Shown here piece by piece: positions 27,232 to 38,116 of a DNA stretch of 64,000 nucleotides. The translations under genes were made by a program, and so were the position numbers. Position 1 is the stretch's first letter, and each line of letters starts with the position of its first letter. The notes under the pieces are model-generated. The model searched no databases. It was not told the origin of the DNA and saw only the letters and a program-made list of their open reading frames with translations. The stretch lies in assembly GCA_040767325.1 (NCBI GenBank), contig JAXGOU010000008.1, positions 4,934 to 68,933 on the forward strand, given 5' to 3'. Origin of the DNA: Brooklawnia sp. Lineage in GTDB: Bacteria > Actinomycetota > Actinomycetes > Propionibacteriales > Propionibacteriaceae.

Positions 27232-28383
27232 TCAGAAGACGATGTCGTACAGGCCGATCGCGCCGACCGCGAAGATGGCGACACCGGATATCAACAGGTA
27301 GACGGTGAACAGGTTGCCGTCCTTGATACGTTTATCGGTCTCGGTGTACGACAGGTAGATCGTGGCGATCGCGACCACCATCAGATAGATGGCGTTCAGC
27401 GTCCCGCCCAGGATGACCAGGGCAAGTGGCTGCGCCACAACGGTCGCCAGCAGCGCCCAGAACAGCGGCATGATCACCATCAGCAGGCGCATGACGAAGT
27501 TGCGCCGCTTGGCATCGGTCCACTTGTAGACGCCGAAGACGGCCAGCGACGCCGAGGTCTGCCGGGCCAGGCCGGGCACGTTCGCCAGGATGGTCTTGGC
27601 GTAGCCCTTCTCGACGCACCAGAAGGTGTAGCCGGAGATCTCGCCGGCGCCCACACCGGTCAGACCGAACATCGACAGCGCAACACCCATCGAGCCGGCC
27701 GCGATCTGGAAGCGCATGCCGTCGGCCAGTTCGGCACCCGACCACGCGAACTCGGTGAACTGGATACCGAAAACCATCAGCACCACCAGCAGCGTGACGA
27801 CGACGACCAGGACGGTGGAGATCATCTCGATCAGGCTGTAGCGGTTGAGTTGGTGGATCGCGATGGCGATCACGATGTAGATCCAGACGTAGATGCCCAT
27901 CGACAGCGGCGACAGCGGATCGCCGCCGATCGGGAAGAGCATCGACGTGGCCAACGCGGCGGAGCCGACCACCCCTGCCTGGCTCGCCATGAACTGGAAG
28001 AACATCAGGATGACGATGTAGGAGGCCCAACTGCGTCCGCCGATCTTCGGCGGCACGTGGTCGTAGCCGAAGATGCCCGGCTTGCCGGTCGAGATGGACC
28101 AGCGGGCCAACTCGATCTGTACCGCAACCTTGACGAAGGTGGAGACGAACACCAGCCAGAGCAGCATCATCCCTACTCGTGAGCCGAGTGTGGTCGCGGT
28201 GATCAGCTCACCGGAGCCCACGACAGCGGCGCTGGTGATCATGCCCGGCCCAAGGAACCGCATGCTGGGCCCCCAGCCCTTCGGCGGATCCTGGATCTTC
28301 TCGGGGTGCAGGACGTACGGGTCGTCCTCGACGGGATGGTTGTTCTCGATTACGGGGTCGATCGGTTCTGGTTGAGCCACGGT
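27232..28383 (-). pseudogene. Nramp-superfamily transporter with apparent in-frame internal deletion
   Basis: LGPGMITSAAVVGSGEL N-motif; abrupt junction WCVEKGYA|KTILAN near 27597; short for the family. Confidence 0.6.
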
Positions 28384-28590
28384 GACACCTTCCGCAATGG
28401 GGCTCCGCCGATGCAGCCACCTTGGCCCTTCGACCGGGCCCCGTTGGGGGGTATGGGGCATTCCTAGCAGCGATCGAGGCTCGGGGGAAGACCTTGTCAG
28501 TGGGAATTGATCTTGTATTCAGTCGACAGGGACAGGTTCGCAGCGTGGGAACCGCGTCTACTACGCAGTCAGGCATCTAGGGTGACAGTC

Positions 28591-29490
28591 ATGCTGAGCG
28601 CACTGGTCAACGTGATGCTCCCTGTCTTCCTGATCGCCGGGGTCGGCTTCCTGCTGGCGCGCTTCTTCACCATCGACCAGCTCAGCCTGAACAAGGTGCA
28701 GCTCTATGCACTCACCCCAGCGCTGGCCTTCAGTTCGATCATGCAGTCCACGGTGTCGGCATCCAACGTGGGGCAATTGGCGATGGGTTACGCCGCGTCC
28801 ATCGGCACCCTGGGGCTGGTCGGCGCGCTGCTGGCACGGCTGGTGCCCAAGGTCAATCGGCGAGGTGTGATGGCCAGCGCCATGCTGGGCAACAACGGGA
28901 ACTTCGGCCTGCCGATCGCCTTGCTCGCCCTCGGCCAACCCGGTCTAGACCAGGCGATCGTCATCTTCATGTTCGCGATCGTCGTGCTGTGGACGGTGGG
29001 CCCGGCGATGTTCGGCCGGACGCTGACCCTGCGCGCTGTGGCGAAGGACATCTTCCGGCTGCCGGTGATCTGGACGATGAGCGCCGCGCTGATCTTCCGG
29101 CTGCTCGGCGTCCAGTTACCGACGCCGGTGACGGTGGCGGTGGACATGGTGGGCGACGCGTCCATCCCGCTGATCCTGATCGCGCTCGGCATCCAGTTGG
29201 GCTACTCGAAGAAGATCCTGGTCAACCTGCCGGTAGTGATCTCGGTGGCGATCAAGCTGCTGATCGCACCGCTGATCGGTCTGGGCATCTGCCTGCTCGT
29301 CGGATTGCGTGGGCTCGAACTGCAATCCATGGTGCTGGCGCTGTCGATGCCCACCGCGGTCAACGTCTTCCTGATCGCGCTGGAGTATGACGCGGACGCG
29401 GAGACGATCGCTAGCACAGTCGCCGCGTCCACGCTGATCAGCCTGCTGACCATCAGCATCGTGGTGGCCAACCTGCCGGCACTGGCCTGA
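28591..29490 (+). CDS. AEC (auxin efflux carrier) family transporter
   Basis: PVFLIAG.G, NNGNFGLP, IPLILIALG, MPTAVN. Confidence 0.9.
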   Translation: MLSALVNVMLPVFLIAGVGFLLARFFTIDQLSLNKVQLYALTPALAFSSIMQSTVSASNVGQLAMGYAASIGTLGLVGALLARLVPKVNRRGVMASAMLGNNGNFGLPIALLALGQPGLDQAIVIFMFAIVVLWTVGPAMFGRTLTLRAVAKDIFRLPVIWTMSAALIFRLLGVQLPTPVTVAVDMVGDASIPLILIALGIQLGYSKKILVNLPVVISVAIKLLIAPLIGLGICLLVGLRGLELQSMVLALSMPTAVNVFLIALEYDADAETIASTVAASTLISLLTISIVVANLPALA

Positions 29491-29554
29491 GCAACGTGGT
29501 TGGTCGGCCGCGATGGTAGCTTTCACAGCGAACCGCAAACGGTAGGGGGCAACA

Positions 29555-30517
29555 GTGGCAGGTGGACTCGCAGCACTGCTCGACGACGTCGCGATGATCG
29601 CCAAGATGGCGAGTTCGGCCAGCACCAAGGCGCTGGGCGTGGTCGTCGACGACTCGGCAGTCACCCCGCGCTACGTCCACGGCTTCTCGCCGGCCCGCGA
29701 ACTGCCGATCATCTGGCGCATCGCCAAGGGCTCGCTGCGCAACAAGCTGGTCTTCATCCTGCCCGCCGCCCTGGTGCTCAGCCAGTTCGCACCCATGCTG
29801 CTACCGCCGATCCTGATGTTGGGTGGTCTGTACCTCAGCTTCGAGGGCGCCGAGAAGTTGCTGGAGTACTTCAGCGGCAAGCACAAGGAGAAGACCGAGC
29901 ACGCCGCGCCGGTGGCCGACACCGCCGGTGATCGTGAGGAACTGATGGTGCGCGGCGCCATCACCACTGATTTCATCCTGTCGGCCGAGATCATCGTCAT
30001 CTCGCTGAGTTCGTTGGCGGACGCAGAGTTCTGGCCGCGCGCGATCGCCATGATCCTGGTGGCCATCGGCATCACCGCCCTGGTCTACGGCGTGGTGGCG
30101 CTAATCGTGAAGATGGACGACATCGCGCTGCGTCTGGAGCAGGGTGGCTCGGGCGCCCGGCAGGCGCTGGGCCGCGGCCTGGTCAATGCGATGCCGAAGG
30201 TGATGTCCGTGCTGTCGGTCGTCGGGGTGATCGCCATGCTCTGGGTGGGCGGGCACATCCTGCTGTCCGGCAGCTACAACCTCGGCTGGCACGCCCCCTA
30301 CGACCTGGTGCACCGGCTCGCCGAGCCGGTCAGCGAGGTGGCCGGTGTGGGCGGCTTCCTGGCCTGGCTGGTTGACACGGTGATCTCGGCAATCCTGGGC
30401 TTCCTGGTGGGCCTGCTCGCGGTCGGCGTGATGCACTTCCTGCCGTTCGGCCACCACCGCGACCCGCACGAGGACACCGAGCGCGTCGCCATCACCACCT
30501 CGATGGGGTCCGAGTAG
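29555..30517 (+). CDS. DUF808 (YedI-like) membrane protein
   Basis: ALLDDVA, RELPIIWRIAKGS..NK, TDFILSAEI, VKMDD. Confidence 0.9.
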   Translation: MAGGLAALLDDVAMIAKMASSASTKALGVVVDDSAVTPRYVHGFSPARELPIIWRIAKGSLRNKLVFILPAALVLSQFAPMLLPPILMLGGLYLSFEGAEKLLEYFSGKHKEKTEHAAPVADTAGDREELMVRGAITTDFILSAEIIVISLSSLADAEFWPRAIAMILVAIGITALVYGVVALIVKMDDIALRLEQGGSGARQALGRGLVNAMPKVMSVLSVVGVIAMLWVGGHILLSGSYNLGWHAPYDLVHRLAEPVSEVAGVGGFLAWLVDTVISAILGFLVGLLAVGVMHFLPFGHHRDPHEDTERVAITTSMGSE

Positions 30518-30521
30518 CGCC

Positions 30522-31388
30522 GTGACCGCCTCACCCGCGCTGCAGCGCCGAATCACCGAACTGCTCGCGGATTGGGAGTTGACCCCCATCGGTGAACCGA
30601 TGGCGGGCCACACCGCAACCGTGCTGCCCGTGACCGATGCCGTGGGGGAGCGAAGGGCGCTCAAGGTGGCCTTCGACGAAACCGACAACCTGGGCGAGAT
30701 CCCGACCCTGCAACTGTGGGGTGGGCGGCACGCGGTGCGGATGCTGCGGGCTGATCCCCGGCGCGGGGCGCTGTTGCTCGAGTGGTTGGACGCCCGGCTT
30801 GACGACCTGCCTGATGCCGCAGAGGCTACCGAGGTCGTCGCGAAGCTCTACGCCGGCCTGCACCGCCCGGCGGCACCCCAGCTGGCCGACATCGGCGCGT
30901 CCGTCAACCGGTGGCTGGACGCCCTGGCCGCGCTCGGCAGGCAACTCCCCGCGCCGCCACAACTGGTGGAACAGGCACTGCTGGCCGGCCGACGGCTGGC
31001 CGCGCAGCCGGCGACCCACGTCCTGCACGGCGACCTGCACTACGACAACGTGATGCGCCGCGACGACGAGTGGGTGGCCATCGACCCGAAGGGGCACAAC
31101 GGCGATCCCTGCTTCGAGGTCGCGCCCCTGCTGTGGAACCGTTGGGACGACCTGGTGGCCACCGGCAACATCGGCGAGGCCATCCGGGACCGGTTCTACA
31201 CCGCGGTCGACACCGCGTCCCTTGATGAACGCCGGACGCGGGACTGGACGCTGGTCAGGGTGATCATCAATGTGGTCTGGACGATGCAGGACGCGGCCGG
31301 TCGGGCGATGAGTGGCCATGAGCAGGCGATGATCAGCCGTCAGGTAACGATAGCCAAGGCCATGCAGGGGATCGAGCCCGCTGATTGA
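30522..31388 (+). CDS. APH(6)/hydroxyurea-kinase-like phosphotransferase
   Basis: ALKV, LLLEWL, LHGDLHYDNV, AIDPKG..GDP. Confidence 0.85.
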   Translation: MTASPALQRRITELLADWELTPIGEPMAGHTATVLPVTDAVGERRALKVAFDETDNLGEIPTLQLWGGRHAVRMLRADPRRGALLLEWLDARLDDLPDAAEATEVVAKLYAGLHRPAAPQLADIGASVNRWLDALAALGRQLPAPPQLVEQALLAGRRLAAQPATHVLHGDLHYDNVMRRDDEWVAIDPKGHNGDPCFEVAPLLWNRWDDLVATGNIGEAIRDRFYTAVDTASLDERRTRDWTLVRVIINVVWTMQDAAGRAMSGHEQAMISRQVTIAKAMQGIEPAD

Positions 31389-31426
31389 GGGCTATGATCC
31401 ATGCGGACGAGTGAGCAGGGGAGCAC

Positions 31427-32917
31427 ATGGCGAAGATCGGTTTCGATCGCGAGAAGTACATCACCCTCCAAACCGAGCAGATCCTGGCTCGGCGCAAAGA
31501 GTTCGGCGGCAAGCTCTACCTCGAATTCGGCGGCAAGCTCTTCGACGACATGCACGCCTCCCGCGTCCTGCCGGGCTTCACCCCCGACAACAAGATCACC
31601 ATGCTGGAGAAGGTGGCCGACGACGTCGAGGTCGTCATCGTTATCAGCGCCCTCGACCTGGCGAACAACAAGGTGCGCGCCGACCTGGGCATCGGCTACG
31701 ACTCCGACGTGCTGCGGCTGATCGATGAGTTCCGTTCGGCAGGCCTGTACGTGGGCAGCGTGGTGATCAGCCATGCCACCGAGGACAACCGGGCCGCCCG
31801 CAACTTCAAGCGCAAGCTGGAGCGGTTGGGCATCAAGGTCTATCGGCACTACCCGATCAAGGGGTACCCCAACAACGTGAGCCTGATCGTCAGTGACGAG
31901 GGCTTCGGTCGCAACGACTACATCGAGACCACCCGCGACCTGGTGGTGGTGACCGCGCCGGGGCCGGGCAGCGGCAAGATGGCGACCTGCCTGTCGCAGC
32001 TCTACCACGACTACAAGCGCGGCATCACGTCCGGCTATGCAAAGTTCGAGACCTTCCCGATCTGGAACCTGCCGCTGGACCATCCGGTCAACGTCGCCTA
32101 CGAGGCCGCCACCGCGGACCTGGACGACGTCAACATGATCGACCCCTTCCACCTGGCGGCCTATGGCAAGCAGGTGGTCAACTACAACCGCGACGTCGAG
32201 GTATTCCCGGTGCTCAACCGGTTGTTCGAGCACTTGCTCGGCACCTCGCCGTACAAGTCGCCGACCGACATGGGCGTCAACATGGCCGGCTATTGCATCA
32301 GCGACGACGCCGTTTGTGTCGCGGCGTCCAAGCAGGAAGTCATCCGGCGCTACTACAAGGCATTGGTGCACGAACGCCGCGAGGACCTGGAGCCCAACCA
32401 GTCCGACCGGATCGCGCTGCTGATGAGCAGCCTGGGCGTGACCAAGGATGATCGACCGGTGGTCGGACCGGCCCTGGAACTGGAACGCCGGACGAAGGCC
32501 CCGGCAGCGGCCATCGAACTGCCTGATGGACGCATCGTTACCGGCAAGACCTCCCCGCTGCTGGGCTCCTGCTCGGCGATGCTGCTGGACGCGTTGAAGG
32601 CGCTGGCCGGCATCGACGACGAGGTCAAGCTGCTGGCACCGGAGACGATCGAACCCATCCAGACGCTGAAGACCAAGCACCTGGGTAGCCGCAATCCTCG
32701 CCTGCACACCGACGAGGTGCTGATCGCGCTGTCGGTCAGCGCGAACGGTGACGAGAACGCCCGGCGTGCACTGGCCGAACTGCACAAACTGCGCGGCTGC
32801 GACGTGCACACCACCGTGATCCTGGGTTCGGTCGACGAGGGCATCTTCCGCAATCTGGGCGTCCAGGTGACCAGCGAGCCGATCTACCAGTCCAAGAACC
32901 TCTACCGCAAGCGCTGA
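31427..32917 (+). CDS. DUF1846 (UPF0371) protein
   Basis: [47 protein letters not shown]. Confidence 0.9.
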   Translation: MAKIGFDREKYITLQTEQILARRKEFGGKLYLEFGGKLFDDMHASRVLPGFTPDNKITMLEKVADDVEVVIVISALDLANNKVRADLGIGYDSDVLRLIDEFRSAGLYVGSVVISHATEDNRAARNFKRKLERLGIKVYRHYPIKGYPNNVSLIVSDEGFGRNDYIETTRDLVVVTAPGPGSGKMATCLSQLYHDYKRGITSGYAKFETFPIWNLPLDHPVNVAYEAATADLDDVNMIDPFHLAAYGKQVVNYNRDVEVFPVLNRLFEHLLGTSPYKSPTDMGVNMAGYCISDDAVCVAASKQEVIRRYYKALVHERREDLEPNQSDRIALLMSSLGVTKDDRPVVGPALELERRTKAPAAAIELPDGRIVTGKTSPLLGSCSAMLLDALKALAGIDDEVKLLAPETIEPIQTLKTKHLGSRNPRLHTDEVLIALSVSANGDENARRALAELHKLRGCDVHTTVILGSVDEGIFRNLGVQVTSEPIYQSKNLYRKR

Positions 32918-32968
32918 GGGTCTGCTGCACCCCGGTGGCCATAGCTTGGTCCCGGGAGGTTAACAACG

Positions 32969-33568
32969 ATGTCTTGGATGTACTCGATCGAATTGCCGCA
33001 GGGTGCGCTGATCAAGCGCCAGATGCAGTTGACCATGGACGCTGTCACCTTCAACGGCAAGTCGATCCCGGTCGCGGCGATCGACGTGGTGAAGAGCCAG
33101 GTCACCCGGCAGTTCGTGAATGGGATCCCGACGGCCACGACCTACAAGGTCCAACTCGAAGGTCAGGGGGGCCTACGGCAGACCATGAAATGGTCGTTCG
33201 CCTCCCTGCAGAAGCAGGAGACCAAGGACAAGTGTGAGCAGGCCTATCGCACGATGATCGACCTGATCCGCGACCAGGCCGGACCACGAATCGTGGCGAA
33301 CCAGCTGGCCAAGCCGTTGCCCACCAAGTTCGGTCCCTACGAGATCACCCCGGAGGGCGTCGGGGTCAGCGGGTTGCTGAGCGCGAAGCAGGCTCCGTGG
33401 GTCGCCATCACGGGGGCGACCATGAACCAGGGCGTCTACTCGGTAACCTTCGTCGATGAGCAGGGACGCGGCAAGGCGTTCGGTGCCATGTCGTTGTGGG
33501 ATGCCAATGCCATCTTCCTGCCCGAGGTGATGACCGGCTACCGCAACTGGTTCCTGCAGCCTCGGTGA
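32969..33568 (+). CDS. Hypothetical protein (beta-rich, possibly two PH-like domains)
   Basis: GGGAGG RBS, typical codon usage; no recognised motif. Confidence 0.6.
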   Translation: MSWMYSIELPQGALIKRQMQLTMDAVTFNGKSIPVAAIDVVKSQVTRQFVNGIPTATTYKVQLEGQGGLRQTMKWSFASLQKQETKDKCEQAYRTMIDLIRDQAGPRIVANQLAKPLPTKFGPYEITPEGVGVSGLLSAKQAPWVAITGATMNQGVYSVTFVDEQGRGKAFGAMSLWDANAIFLPEVMTGYRNWFLQPR

Positions 33569-33622
33569 ACCGACCCGTCCGCACCGCCGGGTAGGATGCT
33601 GCAAGAAATCTAGTGAGGCGGT

Positions 33623-34882
33623 GTGATGGTCCAGTCGGCGGCGCCGGGCGGTGTGCGGCCGTGGATCATCTGGCTGGCGGGCACCTTCGTCTTCGCCGCC
33701 GCGATGTTCTCGCGGACATCCTTCGGAGTGGCCGGCATCCAGGCAGCTGAGCAATTCGGCAGCCCGGTCGCGTTGATGAGCGCATTCGTCATCGTCCAGA
33801 TGGTCGTCTACGCGTCCATGCAACTGCCGTCCGGGCTCCTGCTGGACAGACTCGGCAGCCGCACGTCCCTCACGATCGGGGCCTGTGTGATGGCGCTGGG
33901 GCAGCTGATCCTGGCGTTGGCAACGTCATTTCCCGTCGGGTTGGCTGCTCGGGTGCTGATCGGTGGGGGAGACGCCATGATCTGGATCTCCGCCATCCGG
34001 TTGATTCCACTCTGGTTCCCGGCGCGTCGGGTCGCCCTGCTCACCCAGCTCTCGTCCGTCCTCGGGCAGGCGGGGCAGTGGGCCTCAGCGGTGCCCCTGG
34101 TGCGAATCCTGACCAACTTCGGCTGGACGCCGGCGTTCCTGACGGTGGCTGGTGCGTGCCTGCTCGGTGGCGTCCTCACGGTGCTGCTGGTGCGCAATTC
34201 ACCGCCGGGCACCGAACCGCCGATCGCACGCGGGGTTGGGGGAGTGGCCGGGCTGCGCGAAGTGGTCCGGCTGCCCGCAGCCCAGTTGGCGTTCTTCATG
34301 CACATGTCGACCGCCTACTTCCCGCTGGTTTTCACCTTCATGTGGGGCTACCCCTACCTGAGGGTCGGCCAGGGCTTGTCGGACGCGCAGGCCGGCTGGT
34401 TGATGACGATCTTCGTGTTCACCGGCGTCGTGGTGGGGCCGATCACCGGCATGCTCACCCAACGCTTCCTGGACCGACGGGTGGCGCTGGCGCTGAGCAT
34501 CCCGACGGTGACGGTGCTGGTCTGGATCGTGGTGCTGGTATGGCCCGGACAGGCGCCGATGGCACTGCTGGTGACCCTGATCATCTGCCTGGCGTCGTGC
34601 TACCCGGCGTCCAATATTGGCTTCGACACCAACCGGACGCTGTTGCCCCCGCACCGGATGGGTACCGGGTCCGGCTTCCTGATCGTGGGCGGCTTCCTCG
34701 GGGCGCTGGTCGAAATCGGGATCATCGCCGCCGTGCTGTCTCTGGTCGGTGACGGCAACCCCGGCCCCGGTGCCTTCCGGGCGGCGATGGCCAGTCAGTT
34801 CGTCATCTGGGTCTTCGCCGTGTTCATGACGCTGCGCACCCGCCGACGGATCAAGCAGGACGATCCGACGGCGGAGTTGTAG
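33623..34882 (+). CDS. MFS transporter
   Basis: GLLLDRLGSR motif A, WFPARR, about 12 TM segments. Confidence 0.9.
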   Translation: MMVQSAAPGGVRPWIIWLAGTFVFAAAMFSRTSFGVAGIQAAEQFGSPVALMSAFVIVQMVVYASMQLPSGLLLDRLGSRTSLTIGACVMALGQLILALATSFPVGLAARVLIGGGDAMIWISAIRLIPLWFPARRVALLTQLSSVLGQAGQWASAVPLVRILTNFGWTPAFLTVAGACLLGGVLTVLLVRNSPPGTEPPIARGVGGVAGLREVVRLPAAQLAFFMHMSTAYFPLVFTFMWGYPYLRVGQGLSDAQAGWLMTIFVFTGVVVGPITGMLTQRFLDRRVALALSIPTVTVLVWIVVLVWPGQAPMALLVTLIICLASCYPASNIGFDTNRTLLPPHRMGTGSGFLIVGGFLGALVEIGIIAAVLSLVGDGNPGPGAFRAAMASQFVIWVFAVFMTLRTRRRIKQDDPTAEL

Positions 34883-34890
34883 GGCCTCTG

Positions 34891-35844
34891 TCAGCGCCTG
34901 CCGCTGGACCAGTCCAGTGACTTGCCGGGCCGGCGGGCGCGTCCGGTGACCGGTGGCTTGTCGAAATCACTAATCGGGCTCGGCCCGGCGACAGTGCGTC
35001 GCGCCACCCGTAGGTAGCCGTTCTCATCGGGCTCGACGCGCCAGGTGACCAGGGCGATCTCATCATCGATGATCTCGATGCCGGTGATGTAGTTCGGGTA
35101 CACACATGATCCACTGTTGAAGTAGGGCGCATCGCCCGGGCTCGGGAAGCGCTCGCGGTGCGTGTGGCCGCAGATCAGCGCCTTGCCGTTGCGCACGATC
35201 CACCGCACGTAGTTGCGTTCCACCTTGTGCCGCTTGAAGCTGTTGCGGGTCGGGCTACTGGGGCTGCGGATGCCGAGCATGTGCAGATGCCGCCACAGCA
35301 TCCGGAAGGTGAACATGGTGAACTTCCAGGCCTGGTCGTTGGCGAAATCGCCCTGATGGCCGTGCACCACGAAGATCTCCTGGCCGGTGACGCGGTGGCG
35401 CAGCCGAATCGCCTCGTGCACGTGCAGGTCGTCGAGTAGTGGGCGGCGTTCGCCGGTGAGGTGGCTGCGGGAAGAGTACATGTTCTCGCGCACGTACGTC
35501 GCGTCCGCCAACTGGAAGTCGTGGTTGCCGTACATCCGCAGGTAGCGATCCTCAACGTGGAACTGGCGGACCAGGCTGAAGGTGAGGGGGTTGGCCTTGA
35601 CGATGTGGCGGAACTTGGGCCATTCCCACAGGTCATCGTTGTCGCCGGCCTCAATCAGCGTGAAGCCCTCGTCGTAGTAGTGCTGGAGCGCCGCGACGAA
35701 GATGTGCCGGTTCTTCGTGAACTCGTCGGACAGGCTGCCGTCGCCGCGGTGGGAGTCACTGAAGATGATTATCTTGCTCGACGAATCGATCTCGAGGATC
35801 TTCGCCCGGTCGAAGGCCCGGGTGAGTCGCTCCATGGTGCGCAT
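34891..35844 (-). CDS. Calcineurin-like metallophosphoesterase
   Basis: SDSH, GDNDD, GNHD, HGH, GHTH, NSGS. Confidence 0.85.
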   Translation of the reverse strand: MRTMERLTRAFDRAKILEIDSSSKIIIFSDSHRGDGSLSDEFTKNRHIFVAALQHYYDEGFTLIEAGDNDDLWEWPKFRHIVKANPLTFSLVRQFHVEDRYLRMYGNHDFQLADATYVRENMYSSRSHLTGERRPLLDDLHVHEAIRLRHRVTGQEIFVVHGHQGDFANDQAWKFTMFTFRMLWRHLHMLGIRSPSSPTRNSFKRHKVERNYVRWIVRNGKALICGHTHRERFPSPGDAPYFNSGSCVYPNYITGIEIIDDEIALVTWRVEPDENGYLRVARRTVAGPSPISDFDKPPVTGRARRPGKSLDWSSGRR

Positions 35845-35938
35845 GTGGTCCGCCGCCTCTCGCCAGTGAAATGCCATGCACCTTTCAGGCTAGTGCGATG
35901 CGGCGGACCATGCGTGGGAACCGGACCCACTGCCGGGA

Positions 35939-36931
35939 TCAGGCCTCGGGTGTGGCTTCGGGTTTGGGGGCTGCCGTGGCACCCGTCGGGGCGGCCGGAG
36001 CCGGCTCGGGTTGGACGTTTCGCGTCCTGCCCCGCCTGACCTTGGGAGGCTGCGTGCCGGCCCTGTTGCGGCGGGCACGGCGCACCAGGAAGAAGATGAC
36101 CAGCCCGAGGATCCACAACGGGGAGGTGGCGATGATGAACGAAATCGTGAAGGCCAACACCGCTGCTGCGGCGCGGATGCCGTCCTTGAGCGCTTCGACG
36201 AAGCCCCAGTTCTGGACGACGGGCCCCTCCTCGGCGAGTTCCACGGTGATGGTCGCCATGGCGGCCTGGCGCTCCAGGTACTTCACCTGGGCGTCCAAGC
36301 TCTCGATCTCGCCCCGGACGCGCCACAACTCCTGCTCCACGGCGAGGGTCTCTTCGACGTTGGCAGCCTGGGCGACCAACTCGCGGAGCCGGGTTTCCTG
36401 CGCGCGCAGGTTCTCCAGTCGCGCCGACAGGTCGACGTGCTCCTGGGTCACATCGTCCGAAGTCTCGGCCTGGTAGACCACCTCGCCGAGCCCGGAGACC
36501 TCATCGACGAATGCCTTGACACCGTCGACCGGCACGCGGACGGTCAGCCAGCCGCGCAGCGGGGTGTAACTACCGGCGGGGGAGTCGTACACCCATTCAC
36601 CCTCGCTGGCCATCCGCATGTTGGCGACGATCGCGGCGTGCTTGTCGGCGACCTCGCGCACCGCGGCGATGGTGGCGGCGGTGTCGTCCACCTTGAGGCG
36701 CAGCGTCTGGGTGAGGATCACCATGCGTTCGGTCTGATCCTGTGGGGCCTGTGGGTAGGACTTGTTCTGGTCCGGAGCGCTGCCGCCGGCGGCCTGGGTC
36801 GCCTGCGGTGCGCCGGCCTCGCCTTGATACGAGGGCATCCCGCCGCCGGCTGAGCAGGCACCAAGCACTGCCGCCAGCAGGACGACGAGAACCGTAAACA
36901 CTGTGCGTGAGAACTTCTTGGTGATCTGCAT
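35939..36931 (-). CDS. DUF4349-domain lipoprotein
   Basis: Lipobox LGAC; LTVRVP, DDVTQEHVDLSARL, coiled coil, C-terminal TM. Confidence 0.85.
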   Translation of the reverse strand: MQITKKFSRTVFTVLVVLLAAVLGACSAGGGMPSYQGEAGAPQATQAAGGSAPDQNKSYPQAPQDQTERMVILTQTLRLKVDDTAATIAAVREVADKHAAIVANMRMASEGEWVYDSPAGSYTPLRGWLTVRVPVDGVKAFVDEVSGLGEVVYQAETSDDVTQEHVDLSARLENLRAQETRLRELVAQAANVEETLAVEQELWRVRGEIESLDAQVKYLERQAAMATITVELAEEGPVVQNWGFVEALKDGIRAAAAVLAFTISFIIATSPLWILGLVIFFLVRRARRNRAGTQPPKVRRGRTRNVQPEPAPAAPTGATAAPKPEATPEA

Positions 36932-37083
36932 GGCCCAAGCAAACTGGACGAACGGGTCGCGGACCAGCGATCTGCCGGGTTCTTTACGGAACCGTGTCTG
37001 GATCGTGCTCGATTCGTGATGGGGACCAGGTCGCGGCCGACGAGAGTAGGCTCATCGCGTCCATCGGAGGAAGGGGTCCAGCG

Positions 37084-37467
37084 GTGAATGTGCTGAATGC
37101 AGTGGCGCGCGTCGCGGTCGGGGTGCCCTTCATCTGGCTCGGCTACGACGCGGTGAGTGAGCCCGGCATGCGGGTGCAGATGGCAGAGGACTTCGGGGTG
37201 CCGGGGGAGTACGCGGAGTTGTCGGCGAAGGCCAATGGCGCGGTGATGGTTGCCGGTGGCGCCATGGTGGCGCTCGGCATCCTGCCGCGCTGGGGTGCCC
37301 TCGCGGTGGCCGGGGCGATGGTGCCCACCACGCTGGCCGGACATTCCTTCTGGACCGACGAGGACCCTGGCAAGGCGAAGCAGAACCGCATCCAGTTCTT
37401 GAAGAACGTCGGCATGATCGGTGGCCTGCTCGTGGTTGCGGCGACCTCAGGCCGCGCTGCAGAGTAA
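37084..37467 (+). CDS. DoxX-family membrane protein
   Basis: PTTLAGHSFW, QFLKNVGMIGGLL. Confidence 0.85.
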   Translation: MNVLNAVARVAVGVPFIWLGYDAVSEPGMRVQMAEDFGVPGEYAELSAKANGAVMVAGGAMVALGILPRWGALAVAGAMVPTTLAGHSFWTDEDPGKAKQNRIQFLKNVGMIGGLLVVAATSGRAAE

Positions 37468-37478
37468 CTGAGGTTCCC

Positions 37479-37856
37479 TCAATTGTGGGGGACAGGGGAG
37501 TGGTCCCCGGATTCCCGCGTGCGCAGGATGGCTCGAATCTCGAACTGCCGGACCAGGAAGGCTGCCTCGTCCAGGCGCTTGCGCCGTAGCCATCCGGTGA
37601 CCTCGTCGTTGCACTTGCTGGTGTTGCATGACCGGCAGGCGGGGACGACGTTGTCGAGGGTGTAGCGCCCACCGCGCGAGATCGGCAGGACGCAGTCGCG
37701 TTGCAGCGGCCGGTCGGTGGCACCGCAGTAGGCGCAGCCTCCCCAGGCCGCCTTCAGCGCGTCCCACTGCAATTCGGTCAGGTCGTGGGTGACGCTGGCC
37801 AGGCGACGCTTGCGGCGCCGGTCCGCGCGGGCCTTGCGAGTTCGAACGACCGCCAT
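37479..37856 (-). CDS. HNH endonuclease-like protein (D-C in place of D-H)
   Basis: CAYCG, RDCVLPISRGG, NVVPACRSCN.SK. Confidence 0.85.
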   Translation of the reverse strand: MAVVRTRKARADRRRKRRLASVTHDLTELQWDALKAAWGGCAYCGATDRPLQRDCVLPISRGGRYTLDNVVPACRSCNTSKCNDEVTGWLRRKRLDEAAFLVRQFEIRAILRTRESGDHSPVPHN

Positions 37857-37870
37857 GGCTTCAGGCTAGG

Positions 37871-38110
37871 CCGAGCAGGGGGTACGCCTACGAGGCTGCC
37901 TCTGCCGTGGTGGCGGACCTTGTCGAGCGACTCGGTTGTCATAGGATCTTCGGTCAGTTGTCGCCGGAGAACAAACGCTCGGCCAGGCTGCTGGAGAGGC
38001 TGGGCATGCACGTTGAGTCACTTGCGCCCAAGTCGTACTGGTGCCGTGGGGCGTGGGACGACAACCTCGTCTACGCCATGAGCGACGCCGAATGGCGGGC
38101 CAGTCAAACC
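37871..38110 (+). pseudogene. 5'-truncated RimJ/RimL-type GNAT acetyltransferase fragment
   Basis: RGYAYEAA...HRI...ENKRSARLLERLGM...GAWDD..YAM..EW; no N-terminal half. Confidence 0.7.
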
Positions 38111-38116
38111 GAGATG

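Noticed and set aside
30522-31388. Acquired streptomycin resistance gene
   Set aside because: Host-like codon usage, operonic with DUF808, no mobile context; the family is widespread with unknown substrates
37464-37480. Fifth copy of the 22-bp repeat (GTAACTGAGGTTCCCTC)
   Set aside because: Only a partial match and no partner arm
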